DNA of 60,190 nucleotides from an uncultured Bacilli bacterium (GCA_944363925.1 CALVVS010000002.1:1-60190), one strand, 5' to 3'; positions 46,663-57,146 are shown, counted from the stretch's first letter. Made by a program: numbers and translations. Notes: generated by a model from the sequence alone, not told the origin.

Positions 46663-47052
46663 TCACTCCACATCATAATTCCAAAGCCCAAGTTTGCCCT
46701 TCACATAAATAGGCTCAATTAAACAAACATCTTCTATCTTAAAAGCATAACCTTCATATTCCCTATCATCTATTATATGCTTGTAAACCAAACTATTCTT
46801 CTCCTTTAAAACCTTTCTAAAATTATCGTCTACTTTTATAACATCACTTATTTTAGCTTTAGCTATAATACATCCAAATTTATAATCTAAATCATAAACC
46901 TTAAACTCTTCCATTGCCTTCTTATCCGCACTCTTACTCGCCTGAATTAAAATATCCCCTCTATATTTAGTATTCCAAGTCCTAAATTCATATTCCTTAA
47001 TACCATAAGCAATTAAAGCTGCATATGGCTGCTTTATCGTAATAACTTTCAT
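46663..47052 (-). CDS. ASCH (PUA-like) domain protein
   Basis: MKVITIKQPYAALIAYGIKEYEFRTW... is typical of the ASCH N-terminus. 4-nt overlap with the upstream ARH gene. Confidence 0.7.
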   Translation of the reverse strand: MKVITIKQPYAALIAYGIKEYEFRTWNTKYRGDILIQASKSADKKAMEEFKVYDLDYKFGCIIAKAKISDVIKVDDNFRKVLKEKNSLVYKHIIDDREYEGYAFKIEDVCLIEPIYVKGKLGLWNYDVE

Positions 47053-48536
47053 CTCATCACCTTATAATCATTAAATAAATACTTATCCGGTAAATACAAA
47101 AATTCATCACCTTTACTAAAATTATGGTCTTGGCCAGGTACTATAACCACATTTACATTTCTAAAATCTTGTATCAATGGTAAATAATTAAAAGATGGGT
47201 CCTTACTGCCAAACACAAAAGTCAGCTTTCCCTTGTAATTTCTTATTCCATCCTTAGTTTTGTGCAAATTTATCATTAAAGGTAAATTAACCAGTAACAT
47301 CTGCTTAACATTATAATTATTATATTCCTTTTGTATTCCCTGCATCGCCCCATTAGAAATGCCCATAAAATATATATCATTACCACCTAAATAACTAGCC
47401 AAATTATCAAAATCATCATCCAAATTCATATCAGACAAATTAGCGGCCACAATCACCGTCAGACCAAAATTATAATTAATCCTTTTAGCCATCTTTAAAT
47501 ACTTATTTTGATGTCCATAAATCGAACCTAAAACACCCGTCTTAATAAAAAATACATCCTCACTTCCCTTTATAATTCCATATTTATTGTCTATAACCTC
47601 ATCAAACTTCAAAATATTAAGTCTAAGTTCCTCATCAAACTTATTAGCTAAAGAAACTAAATAATCTTTATTCTTTAACTCCCTTAGTAAATCTTTATTA
47701 ACTCCATAAGAAAGTCCAGCTAAAGCGCCAGTCAAAGCCCCAATAGTATCCGTATCACCACCTAAATTAATAGCTCCGATAATTCCTTCCATAAAGCTGT
47801 TCGTATTCAAAAAAGTCCAAATAACTGCCTCTAATGTATCCACCACATAACAACTAGACTTAATATAATCTAAATCAAGCTTATATATATCCGTCGTCAA
47901 AAAACGCTTATAAGCTCTTCTCGCGTTTTCACTAAACTTATAATAATTCAAATCTTTAACCTTTTGATATGCTTCAAATTTATCATAACCAGATAGTAAA
48001 AAATGAACATACTTAACAAAAATAAAACACCCCATAATGCAGTATTCATGCATATTCGAAAGTGATGAAACCTCACGAACAACTTTTAATAAATCATCAT
48101 CACTCATACCATCATAAAAAGTATATAAAGCAATAGGAAGTATTCTCTTAAGCGAACCATTACTATTACTAACCTTATCCCCACAGTTAAAAACATCCGC
48201 CTTACGTGTAAAATGTTTAAGTAAACTATCTCTAGTAACATCTTCTACATCAAAAACAATTCCGGTTGCTGTATATTCACCTTTGTTCATCCAATTATAA
48301 AAACGCCTCATCATATCGTCATAATCTATTTTATGCGTGCAAACCAAAGAATCAATCGTCGCTAAAACTAAAGCTGTATCATCGGACCATACTCCAGATG
48401 GCACTCCAAAAGCTCCAAAACCTTCCATTTTTACAACCGGGTTTGCAATCAAATCCTCCCTTTTTCTATTCTTACAAAAAACTCCCATCGCATCGCCAAG
48501 TGCAAAACCTAAAATACTATCTACAATTTTTGTCAT
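47049..48536 (-). CDS. ADP-ribosylglycohydrolase (ARH/DraG family) fused to a C-terminal alpha/beta-hydrolase-like domain
   Basis: N-terminal GFALGDAMGV, WSDDTAL, GGDTDTIGALTGALAG. C-terminal ~190 aa with a GxSxG elbow (GISNG), then Asp (GSKDP) and His (GQDHNF) in Ser-Asp-His order. Confidence 0.75.
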   Translation of the reverse strand: MTKIVDSILGFALGDAMGVFCKNRKREDLIANPVVKMEGFGAFGVPSGVWSDDTALVLATIDSLVCTHKIDYDDMMRRFYNWMNKGEYTATGIVFDVEDVTRDSLLKHFTRKADVFNCGDKVSNSNGSLKRILPIALYTFYDGMSDDDLLKVVREVSSLSNMHEYCIMGCFIFVKYVHFLLSGYDKFEAYQKVKDLNYYKFSENARRAYKRFLTTDIYKLDLDYIKSSCYVVDTLEAVIWTFLNTNSFMEGIIGAINLGGDTDTIGALTGALAGLSYGVNKDLLRELKNKDYLVSLANKFDEELRLNILKFDEVIDNKYGIIKGSEDVFFIKTGVLGSIYGHQNKYLKMAKRINYNFGLTVIVAANLSDMNLDDDFDNLASYLGGNDIYFMGISNGAMQGIQKEYNNYNVKQMLLVNLPLMINLHKTKDGIRNYKGKLTFVFGSKDPSFNYLPLIQDFRNVNVVIVPGQDHNFSKGDEFLYLPDKYLFNDYKVMR

Positions 48537-48604
48537 ACATCTACCTTCTAACTAAAACTATTATATCAATATTTTTTTAAAATAAAAACCATAAGTTTTA
48601 AAAC

Positions 48605-48853
48605 TCATAGTTTTCCATGATTAAGCCCCCAGTTTTTCGCATAAGAGCAAGAACATTTTACCTTATAACCACCCTTTTCAAAATAATCAAAAGCCCTTTT
48701 AACAAGCTCACCTGCAATACCTTTACCTCTTAAATCATCATCGACATAAGTATAATAAATGTTTGCTTCACCATTTTTTATTTTAAAACAAACTTCACCC
48801 TTAACTAAACCATCTAAAAGATAAACAATCTTATCATCTAATAACTTATACAT
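48605..48853 (-). CDS. Small GNAT-like N-acetyltransferase (YjdJ-type)
   Basis: 82 aa; LRGKGIAGELV acetyl-CoA loop. Confidence 0.6.
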   Translation of the reverse strand: MYKLLDDKIVYLLDGLVKGEVCFKIKNGEANIYYTYVDDDLRGKGIAGELVKRAFDYFEKGGYKVKCSCSYAKNWGLNHGKL

Positions 48854-48983
48854 TTACTCCTCCAATAACAACTCAATCACATTTTTATAAATAATGCCAT
48901 TTTAAAAATAGTCTAATTTATCTACAGAAATTACATATCCATAAAAACTGGTTTTATTTTCCTAAATTATATATAATTTTTTT

Positions 48984-50180
48984 CTATTTTCTAACTAATA
49001 ATACAGCACTTTCCACATGATAAGTACACGGAAACATATCAAATAAAGTAACCTCTTTAATAACATACTCATCTTTAAGTAATTTCAAATCACGTGCCAA
49101 AGTCATCGGATCACATGAAACATAAACTAACCTAGAAGGCGCAATTTTTAAAATATCCAAAATTCCTTCCTTAGTAAGTCCACTTCTAGGTGGATCAACA
49201 ACAATATTATCAGCTTGAAATTTTAAACTATGAATTATTTGACTAACATCACCACATATAAACCTCACATTAGAAATATTATTCAGCTGCTTGTTTAAAA
49301 AAGCACATTTAACCGCTTCCTCATTTATTTCGGCTCCAGTAACCTCACTAAAATACTTACTTAAAAATAAACTAATCGTTCCTGTCCCACAGTATAAATC
49401 CAAAACACTCTTTCCCAAAGAATTATCTAAATACTCTAAAACCTTATTATATAATTTTAAAGCCACACCTAAATTAACCTGAAAAAAAGCTTCCCTAGAT
49501 ACATAAAATTTTAAATCACCAAGCTTAGCTATTATATTTTCCTTGCCATAAACAAGCTTGTCATCCATATAAATAGAAGCCGCATGCCCCTCAAGCTTCG
49601 ATATATCCATATTACCCTTTATAATAATCATAATCTCGCCAAAATCTTTAATTGTAATTTCCAAAGCGCCCCTTAAATTAATGCCTTTTAAAATGCTGAT
49701 AATCTCATTACTCTTAATGCTCGCAATCTCACATCTATCAATCTCGATTAGCTCATTTGAACCATTTTTAAAATAACCAAGTTTCCCATCTTTAACCTTC
49801 AAAGTTATTTTATTTCGGTAAAAATAAACATCATCACTTGGAATTATCTCTTTAACTACACCCTCTATTCCTGCATATCTTTTTAAAATCCCTATAACTT
49901 TATTCTTCTTAAACTCCAAAGCCTTAGAATATTTTAAACATTTAAGACCGCATCCACAGTTTTCTAAACTACATTTAGGCTCTATCCTATCAGAAGACTT
50001 TTTAAGTAATAAAGTAACCTCTCCTACCATATATTTCTTCTTATTTAAAATAATCTTCACCATAGCCTCTTCAAAAGGAAGTAAATTAGGTACAAAAATA
50101 ATTTTACCTGACACATAACCAATTCCTCTGCCAAAATCATCTAAACGTTCACACTTTACCAAAACTTCATCCATAACCAC
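48984..50180 (-). CDS. RumA/TrmA-family RNA (uracil-5)-methyltransferase
   Basis: N-terminal TRAM-like domain, Cys cluster (CSLENCGCGLKC), SAM motif LDLYCGTGTISL, DPPRSG, catalytic SCDP. Confidence 0.85.
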   Translation of the reverse strand: MVMDEVLVKCERLDDFGRGIGYVSGKIIFVPNLLPFEEAMVKIILNKKKYMVGEVTLLLKKSSDRIEPKCSLENCGCGLKCLKYSKALEFKKNKVIGILKRYAGIEGVVKEIIPSDDVYFYRNKITLKVKDGKLGYFKNGSNELIEIDRCEIASIKSNEIISILKGINLRGALEITIKDFGEIMIIIKGNMDISKLEGHAASIYMDDKLVYGKENIIAKLGDLKFYVSREAFFQVNLGVALKLYNKVLEYLDNSLGKSVLDLYCGTGTISLFLSKYFSEVTGAEINEEAVKCAFLNKQLNNISNVRFICGDVSQIIHSLKFQADNIVVDPPRSGLTKEGILDILKIAPSRLVYVSCDPMTLARDLKLLKDEYVIKEVTLFDMFPCTYHVESAVLLVRK

Positions 50181-50181
50181 A

Positions 50182-51114
50182 TCACCTTAATGCAATATAA
50201 CATTTTTCAAATAAAAATTCTTTAATTTTATCATCATTATTTTCATAATACGAAATTAATAACTTCTTAAACTCATCAGTTAATTCTGCTGGAATTGCAA
50301 TTATTCCAAGTCCCCTTGAAATCAAATAATGATTAGCAAACAAAACCGCTGTCCTCTTATTACCATCGATAAATATTTGTTTTTTCATAACATATAAAAG
50401 TAATTCTATCGCTTTATAAACATCTAATGTATCGTTACTTAATAATATATCTATTTCACTAATTATATCACTTTCCAAAGGAATACTAGGGACCCATTTT
50501 GTACCGCCAATCTTCACAGGAGTACTTCTTACAATACCAGCATTATAATAAAATCCCTCAATTACTAATTTATTAATTTGTGATAATAAATAAAAATTAT
50601 CTTTAGCTAAAACGACATTTTCATCTAAAATAAATTCCCAAGCATGTTTCAAATTAACTATTTTCATTATATCATCACTAGTCATATTATTAACCTTGCC
50701 ACCATTTATAATATTTTCAGTTTCTACAAATGTCGCTGTAACACCTTCTAAAATAGCCTGGTCATAAATAGTGTTAACTAAATTTCTTTTAGCAAAATCA
50801 ATATTAAGCTTAACCATATCACTTAATTTTCCAGTACTATAATTAAATTCTGTTAAAGTTTTCTCTAGCTCTCTTATTTCCTTTTTTATTTTTTTAGCTT
50901 CAATATTATTATTCAAAATCAAATTGTAAATATCATCTGTATATTCACCAACATATTTTGTCGTTAAAACTCCATTAATTCTATAATGTACATAAATATA
51001 TTTTGCCGCACCCTTTTCTCTTATTTCTATAGAACCATAAATTAACGAATCCAATTTTTTTTCTAATTCTCGTTTCTTGGCTAAAACAAACAATAACTCC
51101 ACATTATTATCCAT
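50182..51114 (-). CDS. Fic/Doc-family protein with a degenerate active-site motif
   Basis: QIFIDGNKRTAVLFANHYL aligns to HxFx(D/E)(G/A)N(G/K)Rxx(R/A), with Gln in place of the catalytic His. Confidence 0.65.
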   Translation of the reverse strand: MDNNVELLFVLAKKRELEKKLDSLIYGSIEIREKGAAKYIYVHYRINGVLTTKYVGEYTDDIYNLILNNNIEAKKIKKEIRELEKTLTEFNYSTGKLSDMVKLNIDFAKRNLVNTIYDQAILEGVTATFVETENIINGGKVNNMTSDDIMKIVNLKHAWEFILDENVVLAKDNFYLLSQINKLVIEGFYYNAGIVRSTPVKIGGTKWVPSIPLESDIISEIDILLSNDTLDVYKAIELLLYVMKKQIFIDGNKRTAVLFANHYLISRGLGIIAIPAELTDEFKKLLISYYENNDDKIKEFLFEKCYIALR

Positions 51115-51235
51115 ATTAAAAATCAGTCCTTTCAGCTATATAAAGCCTCTCTTTCTTTTAATACATTATAACACTTAAAATATAAAATGTGAAACATTTT
51201 TATAGTTATAAAGCAAAAAAGTTTCACACCAAAAT

Positions 51236-51264
51236 TTGACAAAACACCTGATAAATTTTAAAAT
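51236..51264 (+). promoter_or_regulatory. Sigma-A-type promoter
   Basis: TTGACA (51236-51241), 17-nt spacer, TAAAAT (51259-51264), then GGTGA RBS and ATG 51281. Confidence 0.6.
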
Positions 51265-51280
51265 AAAATTGGTGATAAAT

Positions 51281-52312
51281 ATGGATCTAATTGAACTTTA
51301 TATGCAAGCTTTTAATAGCTTACCTTTCTATTTAACTACAGCCTTAAGTGGTGGAATATTCATTACTTATATAAGTAAAAAAATAATATCTTCAAGCAAA
51401 ATTAGAAAAGAAAACAAACTTAGACATCTAAAATTATATCGTAGTATTGGTGAAATTAAAGAAACAAATAAAGAAAAAAACAATGACGAACTAACTAAAC
51501 TAACCAAATTATTCTTTAAAATAAATGATAAAAAAGACTATCTTAATATTATTAAAGAAATTAAAATTCCCGAAGAGTTAAAAGAAATAGTAAATACATT
51601 TGTCCAAAATATTGATGAAGAAAATCTTAAATACTGCGCGCAAAACCTAAAAACCGTCAAAATAGAAAACAAAAATATTATTAAAGAGATAAAAAACTAC
51701 TTATCAAATCTAGACAAATCAACCATTAATGGTGGTCTTTATTATAATAACACCAACAACATCGATATATTTATTGATTCAAAGCAAATCCTAAGTCACG
51801 AATTTATTCATATGTGTACAAACAACAAAACTAACTGTGGCTTCAATTTAGATACTCCCTTTAATGAAGAAATCGGCCTAGGCTTAAACGAAGGATATAC
51901 TGAACTTTTAAATCAAAGAATATTTAAGTATAAACATTGCGCCTACTCCAAAAATGTTGGCATAGTAAAACTATTAGAAACTTTTTTCGATAACCCTAAA
52001 GACTTAGAAGATGCCTTTTTCCATAACGACTTAGATAAAGTCATACTTCAGTTTTGTAAGTATGGCACTAAAGAAGAATTCTTTAATCTCTTAGAAAATT
52101 TAGATAACTTTGCCACTGGAACAATTCCTCTAAAAGACTTTGCCCAATATCATAAGCTTCAGTTTGAATTATATGAAATTATAAAAAGAAGCAACGACCC
52201 AATAAAAATCCAAAACTTTGAAAACATTTTATTTCAAAACCCCTTAAATAAAATCTTAAAAAATGGTTTTCATCTAGAACCTTTAAATAAAACTTCCAAA
52301 AGACTAAAATAA
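51281..52312 (+). CDS. Membrane-anchored hypothetical protein with an HExxH motif (putative zinc metalloprotease)
   Basis: N-terminal TM segment; SHEFIHM motif followed by LNEGYTE. The track start 51236 lies inside the promoter. Confidence 0.5.
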   Translation: MDLIELYMQAFNSLPFYLTTALSGGIFITYISKKIISSSKIRKENKLRHLKLYRSIGEIKETNKEKNNDELTKLTKLFFKINDKKDYLNIIKEIKIPEELKEIVNTFVQNIDEENLKYCAQNLKTVKIENKNIIKEIKNYLSNLDKSTINGGLYYNNTNNIDIFIDSKQILSHEFIHMCTNNKTNCGFNLDTPFNEEIGLGLNEGYTELLNQRIFKYKHCAYSKNVGIVKLLETFFDNPKDLEDAFFHNDLDKVILQFCKYGTKEEFFNLLENLDNFATGTIPLKDFAQYHKLQFELYEIIKRSNDPIKIQNFENILFQNPLNKILKNGFHLEPLNKTSKRLK

Positions 52313-52372
52313 AGTCTTTTTTCTTATATTTTAACCTCTTTCGGACATAATAAAAAAGAAAGCAGGGATATT

Positions 52373-53833
52373 ATGGAAAAAATTATTAAAAATGCCAAAA
52401 AAATAATTGAAAAAATAAAAAAACTATATGGTAATAGTCCCGATATCAATACTAGACTAATAAATGTCAAAGGAACTAATATCGGTATTATTTTTTTAGA
52501 AAGCTCATCGCAAGCTAGTACCATAAGTGATTTCATCATCAAAGGTACCTTGTATGCTAGTTCAAATAAAACCATTTTCCAAAATATTTTTGAAGCCTTA
52601 AAAAATAACTTATTCAATAGTCAACTATTTACCATAAAAGATTATAATCAATTCCCCTATTTCCTATCTAGTGGTTTCACCATAGTCGTTGTCGATGGTA
52701 TAGACGAAGCTATAATCATGGAAACAAGAGGCCAATTAGATAGAGGTGTTACAGAATCAACCAGTGAGCCTATATTAAGAGGCTCCAAAGATAGTTTCAC
52801 TGAAAGCCACTCTAAAAACTTAGGTTTAATTAGAAAAAGAATTAAAGACCCTAATCTCTGGTTTAATGAAATAAAATTAGGAAGAAGAACCCAAACTAGA
52901 ATTAGTATCGCCTATATAAATGGCATCGCCGACCCTCAAAAACTAAAAGAAATAAAAAAAAGACTAAAAAAAATTGACGTCGACGGCGTTTTAGATAGTG
53001 GCAACATCAGAGATTATCTAGTCGATAAAAAATCAACCTTTCCCCAAATTCAAAGCACCGAAAGACCCGATGTCACAAGTCAAGCCCTTCTATCCGGTAA
53101 AATAGTCATATTCGTCGAAAACTGTCCTTTTACTTTAATCATGCCAAACGTCTTTATCGACTATCTCCATACCTCCGAAGACCAATATCAAAAATCATCA
53201 AATATAACTTTCACTAGAATTTTAAGAACCATAGCCTTAATCATAACCATATTTACCCCCGCTATCTACATTGCCATCACCACCTATGACCAAAACACAA
53301 TCCCCGATAAACTTTTAATATCCTTAGCCATCCAAAGAGAAGGCGTCCCCTTTCCAACCGCCTTTGAAATAATATTGCTTACAACCATATTTGAAATACT
53401 AAGAGAAAGTGATTTGCGCAGTCCAAGTAGTATGTCAGCCGCCATGAGTATTGTTGGTGCCTTAGTCTTAGGACAGGCCGCTGTCGACGCTGGCATCGTC
53501 TCACCAATCACTGTCATTGTCGTCGCCTTTACGTCAATTTGTAGTCTAGTTTTCACCGATATCGATTTCATGAACGGTATCAGAACCTGGCGTTTTATCT
53601 TCATATTAGCTGCCAGTATTCTAGGGATCATCGGCATACTCTCCTTCACTATCATTTGGCTTGTCAAACTATCCTCCCTAGAAAATCTCGAAACAAGTTT
53701 TCTCTCTCCTTTCGCCCCATTTTCTAAACAAGACCAAAATGATGCCATCTATAAAGCCCCAGAAGAAAACCTCATCACTAGACCAGACTATATAAGTAAC
53801 CTTAATCCCCATAGACAAAGGAGGTCAAAATGA
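52373..53833 (+). CDS. Spore germination protein, GerA (A-subunit) family
   Basis: Typical GerAA pattern (RGQLDRGVTESTSEPILRGSKDSFTE, PFP.AFE..L.E.LRE); C-terminal TM bundle. Confidence 0.9.
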   Translation: MEKIIKNAKKIIEKIKKLYGNSPDINTRLINVKGTNIGIIFLESSSQASTISDFIIKGTLYASSNKTIFQNIFEALKNNLFNSQLFTIKDYNQFPYFLSSGFTIVVVDGIDEAIIMETRGQLDRGVTESTSEPILRGSKDSFTESHSKNLGLIRKRIKDPNLWFNEIKLGRRTQTRISIAYINGIADPQKLKEIKKRLKKIDVDGVLDSGNIRDYLVDKKSTFPQIQSTERPDVTSQALLSGKIVIFVENCPFTLIMPNVFIDYLHTSEDQYQKSSNITFTRILRTIALIITIFTPAIYIAITTYDQNTIPDKLLISLAIQREGVPFPTAFEIILLTTIFEILRESDLRSPSSMSAAMSIVGALVLGQAAVDAGIVSPITVIVVAFTSICSLVFTDIDFMNGIRTWRFIFILAASILGIIGILSFTIIWLVKLSSLENLETSFLSPFAPFSKQDQNDAIYKAPEENLITRPDYISNLNPHRQRRSK

Positions 53834-55008
53834 AAAAATTCTCACTTTTTATAGCTTGCTTCATCATAACTTTTATCCTAACTGGTTGTAGCGGTTATGA
53901 AGAATTAAATAATCTCTCAATTGTCACCGCCGTTGCCTTTGATAAAGAAGATGACAATTACGTCCTAAGCTTTCTTATTGCCAACTCCCCTAAAGCCCAA
54001 ACCTCATCTAAAGAAGGTGAAGCCAAAACAACTGTCTATGAAAGCAAAGGTAAAACAATTGCTGAAGCCTCTAAATCTATTGAGCAAATAGTCCCCAAAC
54101 AAATATATCTAGGTCATATAAACGTCATTATCATCTCCGAAGATATCGCCAAAGACGGCTTCCTCAAAATCGCCGATTGGTTACTTCGTAACCCTCAAAC
54201 TAGAAAAAAATTCTATCTTCTTCAAGCTAAAGATGAAAAAGCCAAAAACATCTTAAAAATCGTTTCACCATTAGAATCTTTTCCATCACAAAGTATCGCT
54301 ACCTTAATCGAATCTAACTCTGAAACCAAATCTATCGCCACATCAATTACCTATAGTAACTTCATAAGCCAAATACTCGAAACTGGTTATGACCCAGTTT
54401 TACCATCCATAACCATCAAAGGAAGCGTTAAAGAAGGTAGTAATGAGAAAAATCTCGAAACAACGGAACCTGAATCATACCTCGTTTTAGGTCCACTAGC
54501 TATTTACAAAGGCGATAAATTAAAAGGTTTCCTAACCGAAAAAGAAAGCTGGGCTATTAATGTCTTAAAAAATGAAGCCAAAGAAGTAAACTATAACGTC
54601 AAATATCAAAATCAAGATATTAGTATTGAAACAGATTCTTTAAAATCATCCATCAAAATAAAAAACTCAAATAATATTGAAATCACCATCAGTGGTGTTG
54701 GTGACATCTATAATATCAATAATAAAATAGACATCCAAAACTATCAAGAAATAAATAAAATAGAAAAAGCTTGGAGTAATTCATTAAAAAAAGATCTTTA
54801 TAAAGTAATAAAAAAAGTTCAAACTAAATATAAAGCTGACATCTTTGGCTTTGGAAATCTCATATATAAAAATGACCCTCAAACTTGGAAAAAATTAAAA
54901 AACAACTGGAACTCCAAATACTTTCCAAACCTTAATATAAAACTTAAAACAAATCTTAAAATAGAAGCCACTGGCTCCTTAGTTAAGACAATAAAGGAGG
55001 ACAAATAA
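53830..55008 (+). CDS. Ger(x)C-family germination lipoprotein
   Basis: Lipobox LTGCSG, then the YEELNNLSIVTAVAFD Ger(x)C N-terminal pattern. Confidence 0.88.
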   Translation: MKKFSLFIACFIITFILTGCSGYEELNNLSIVTAVAFDKEDDNYVLSFLIANSPKAQTSSKEGEAKTTVYESKGKTIAEASKSIEQIVPKQIYLGHINVIIISEDIAKDGFLKIADWLLRNPQTRKKFYLLQAKDEKAKNILKIVSPLESFPSQSIATLIESNSETKSIATSITYSNFISQILETGYDPVLPSITIKGSVKEGSNEKNLETTEPESYLVLGPLAIYKGDKLKGFLTEKESWAINVLKNEAKEVNYNVKYQNQDISIETDSLKSSIKIKNSNNIEITISGVGDIYNINNKIDIQNYQEINKIEKAWSNSLKKDLYKVIKKVQTKYKADIFGFGNLIYKNDPQTWKKLKNNWNSKYFPNLNIKLKTNLKIEATGSLVKTIKEDK

Positions 55009-56081
55009 TGAAAAAAATAAATTCATTAGAATATAATACCCTTATTTGGTTTTTAACTAGAGCCACCTTTATTGAAATAACCGCTGAAATACTCTTAAAT
55101 ACGGCCCATCAAGATTCTTGGATAAGTATCATCATAGCCATCGTATTTGGTATAATTCCCTTTTTCCTATACTCCTATCTAAAAAACAAATTCCCAGATA
55201 AAAATATAATTACCTTAAATAAAGAAAAATTCGGTAAATTTGGTACTTTCTTAAATCTTATCTTAATTGCCAGCACCTTAATCTTTACTATATGTAGCTT
55301 TTGGATTGTCGTAAACTTCATTGACTCCCAGTACCTCTATAGAACCCCAACCATTATGATAATTATCATCCTTATACTGCCAGTCATCTATACAATCATC
55401 AAAGATTTTCATATTTTCAGTAAAGTAAGCCTTATAATGTTTTATATCTCTCTTTTCTTTATTATAATAATATTAACCGGTCTCATAAGTAACATCGACA
55501 TAAATAACCTTAAACCAATTTTAAATAATAGTCCAAATAACATTTTATACGGAACCTTCTGTTTTATCGGTTTTAATATCTTACCACTCTTTCTTTTAAA
55601 CATAATTCCCCAAAATAAAATTAAAAACTATTCACCTAAAAAAAACTTCATCTTCTATCTAATCAGTAGTCTTTCCCTCTTAAATGTCATGTTCTTAACC
55701 ATCAGTATCTTCGGCATCCACCTATCAGAATTATATAACTATCCAAGCTTTCACCTTTTAAAAAGAGTTAGTGTTCTTGATATCATCGATAGAGTTGAAA
55801 GCATTCTTTCCCTAGAATGGTTTCTAGCCTTATTTGTTCAAATTATCACAGCCTTATTCTTCATCAAAGAAGCCTTAAGAGAAACCTTCAAACCAAAAGA
55901 AAAAACAAACAATATCATCATGATTATTGTTTGTCTAATTATAGCTTTCCTAACACAAATTATCTTTACAACTAAAGGTACTGAAATTGCCTACTTCAAA
56001 AACCAATTAATCTATATACTTTATATATCCTATTTTCTAATCCCTATAATTACTTTACTAAAAAGTTTAAAAAAGACCTAA
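55008..56081 (+). CDS. Spore germination protein, GerB-subunit (APC-like permease) family
   Basis: 10-TM profile; third gene of the gerA-type operon (order A-C-B). Confidence 0.85.
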   Translation: MKKINSLEYNTLIWFLTRATFIEITAEILLNTAHQDSWISIIIAIVFGIIPFFLYSYLKNKFPDKNIITLNKEKFGKFGTFLNLILIASTLIFTICSFWIVVNFIDSQYLYRTPTIMIIIILILPVIYTIIKDFHIFSKVSLIMFYISLFFIIIILTGLISNIDINNLKPILNNSPNNILYGTFCFIGFNILPLFLLNIIPQNKIKNYSPKKNFIFYLISSLSLLNVMFLTISIFGIHLSELYNYPSFHLLKRVSVLDIIDRVESILSLEWFLALFVQIITALFFIKEALRETFKPKEKTNNIIMIIVCLIIAFLTQIIFTTKGTEIAYFKNQLIYILYISYFLIPIITLLKSLKKT

Positions 56082-56864
56082 TCTTTGAACAACCAAAAAA
56101 CCAATAACCGCAAGCACACCTAAAATAAGTATAGTCATAAAAATAGTTTTCAAAACAGAACCTTTTTTCTCATCCTCATCATATGACGTAAAATCTTTTT
56201 TCTTTAATTTTAAATCAGATGTAAAGAACGAATTATCCATAGTTTGTTCTTTTTTATCATAATTTCTATTTTCCTTGATTAAATCTTGAATATTATCAAT
56301 CTTTCCAACTTGAGTATTCTCATTTTGACCTTGTAAATCACTAAACATTGAAGCCGCCAAGTCTACATCATCCAACTTATTAAGTGCATTCGCACTAGAA
56401 ATCGTCTGAACTAACTCATCATCGTCATAATAATCTCGCCTATTCGTATTTCTTTTCAAATCTAAATTTTTTAAAACATCATAACTTGTTTTACTAAGTA
56501 CTCTTTCCTTATCATCTGGCGTCTTTTTTTCTCTAGCTTTTGACAAAACATCCATAATATCATAAGTTCTATCGCTATCATCATACTTCTTCTGTATCTT
56601 AGGTAACTCTTGGATCTTCTCTTCCTCATTAATAAGCTTACGGTATCTCCTCTCAGCTTGATATTTTCCTCTATTATCCAGCATCTGTTTAACTTTCGTA
56701 ATATCTATTTCATTAGTGTTATCAATAGACGCAATACCTTCAATATTACTATATTTACCATAAGAATAAATACTATTATAAAGTCTAGTATTACGTTTAG
56801 TCCTTGAATTACCTTGAGTCTCCCGCTTATAATATCTTTCCATCCTTGATGCCACCCAAACCAC
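56067..56864 (-). CDS. Hypothetical charged protein with a C-terminal TM anchor
   Basis: Lys/Asp/Glu-rich; C-terminal TIFMTILILGVLAVIGFLVV. Start uncertain (GTG 56864, GTG 56855 or ATG 56843). Confidence 0.45.
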   Translation of the reverse strand: MVWVASRMERYYKRETQGNSRTKRNTRLYNSIYSYGKYSNIEGIASIDNTNEIDITKVKQMLDNRGKYQAERRYRKLINEEEKIQELPKIQKKYDDSDRTYDIMDVLSKAREKKTPDDKERVLSKTSYDVLKNLDLKRNTNRRDYYDDDELVQTISSANALNKLDDVDLAASMFSDLQGQNENTQVGKIDNIQDLIKENRNYDKKEQTMDNSFFTSDLKLKKKDFTSYDEDEKKGSVLKTIFMTILILGVLAVIGFLVVQRLGLF

Positions 56865-56960
56865 CTCTTATTATTAATAATATCATATTTTGTCACATTT
56901 TAAAAGTAACCCTTGCTTTTTTTACCATATTTATTTATAATTTTCTATAGGAGGCAAAAA

Positions 56961-57146
56961 ATGGCAAAAGTTAAAGTTGACAAAGATAAATGTATCGGTT
57001 GTGGCGCATGCACAGCTACTTGTCCTGAAGTCTTTGATTTTGATGACGACGGACTAGCCAAAGTAATAAAAGATGAAATAAACGATGACGTAAAAATGGC
57101 CGCTGAAGGATGTCCAACCGAAGCCATTGAAATTGAAGAAAACTAA
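56961..57146 (+). CDS. Small [4Fe-4S] ferredoxin
   Basis: CIGCGACTATCP ... EGCP pattern. ATG 56961 after AGGAGG. Confidence 0.88.
   Translation: MAKVKVDKDKCIGCGACTATCPEVFDFDDDGLAKVIKDEINDDVKMAAEGCPTEAIEIEEN

Noticed and set aside
52324-52617. 97-aa minus-strand ORF
   Set aside because: It overlaps the 5' end of the GerA-family gene on the opposite strand. It has no RBS and its composition is that of an antisense artefact.
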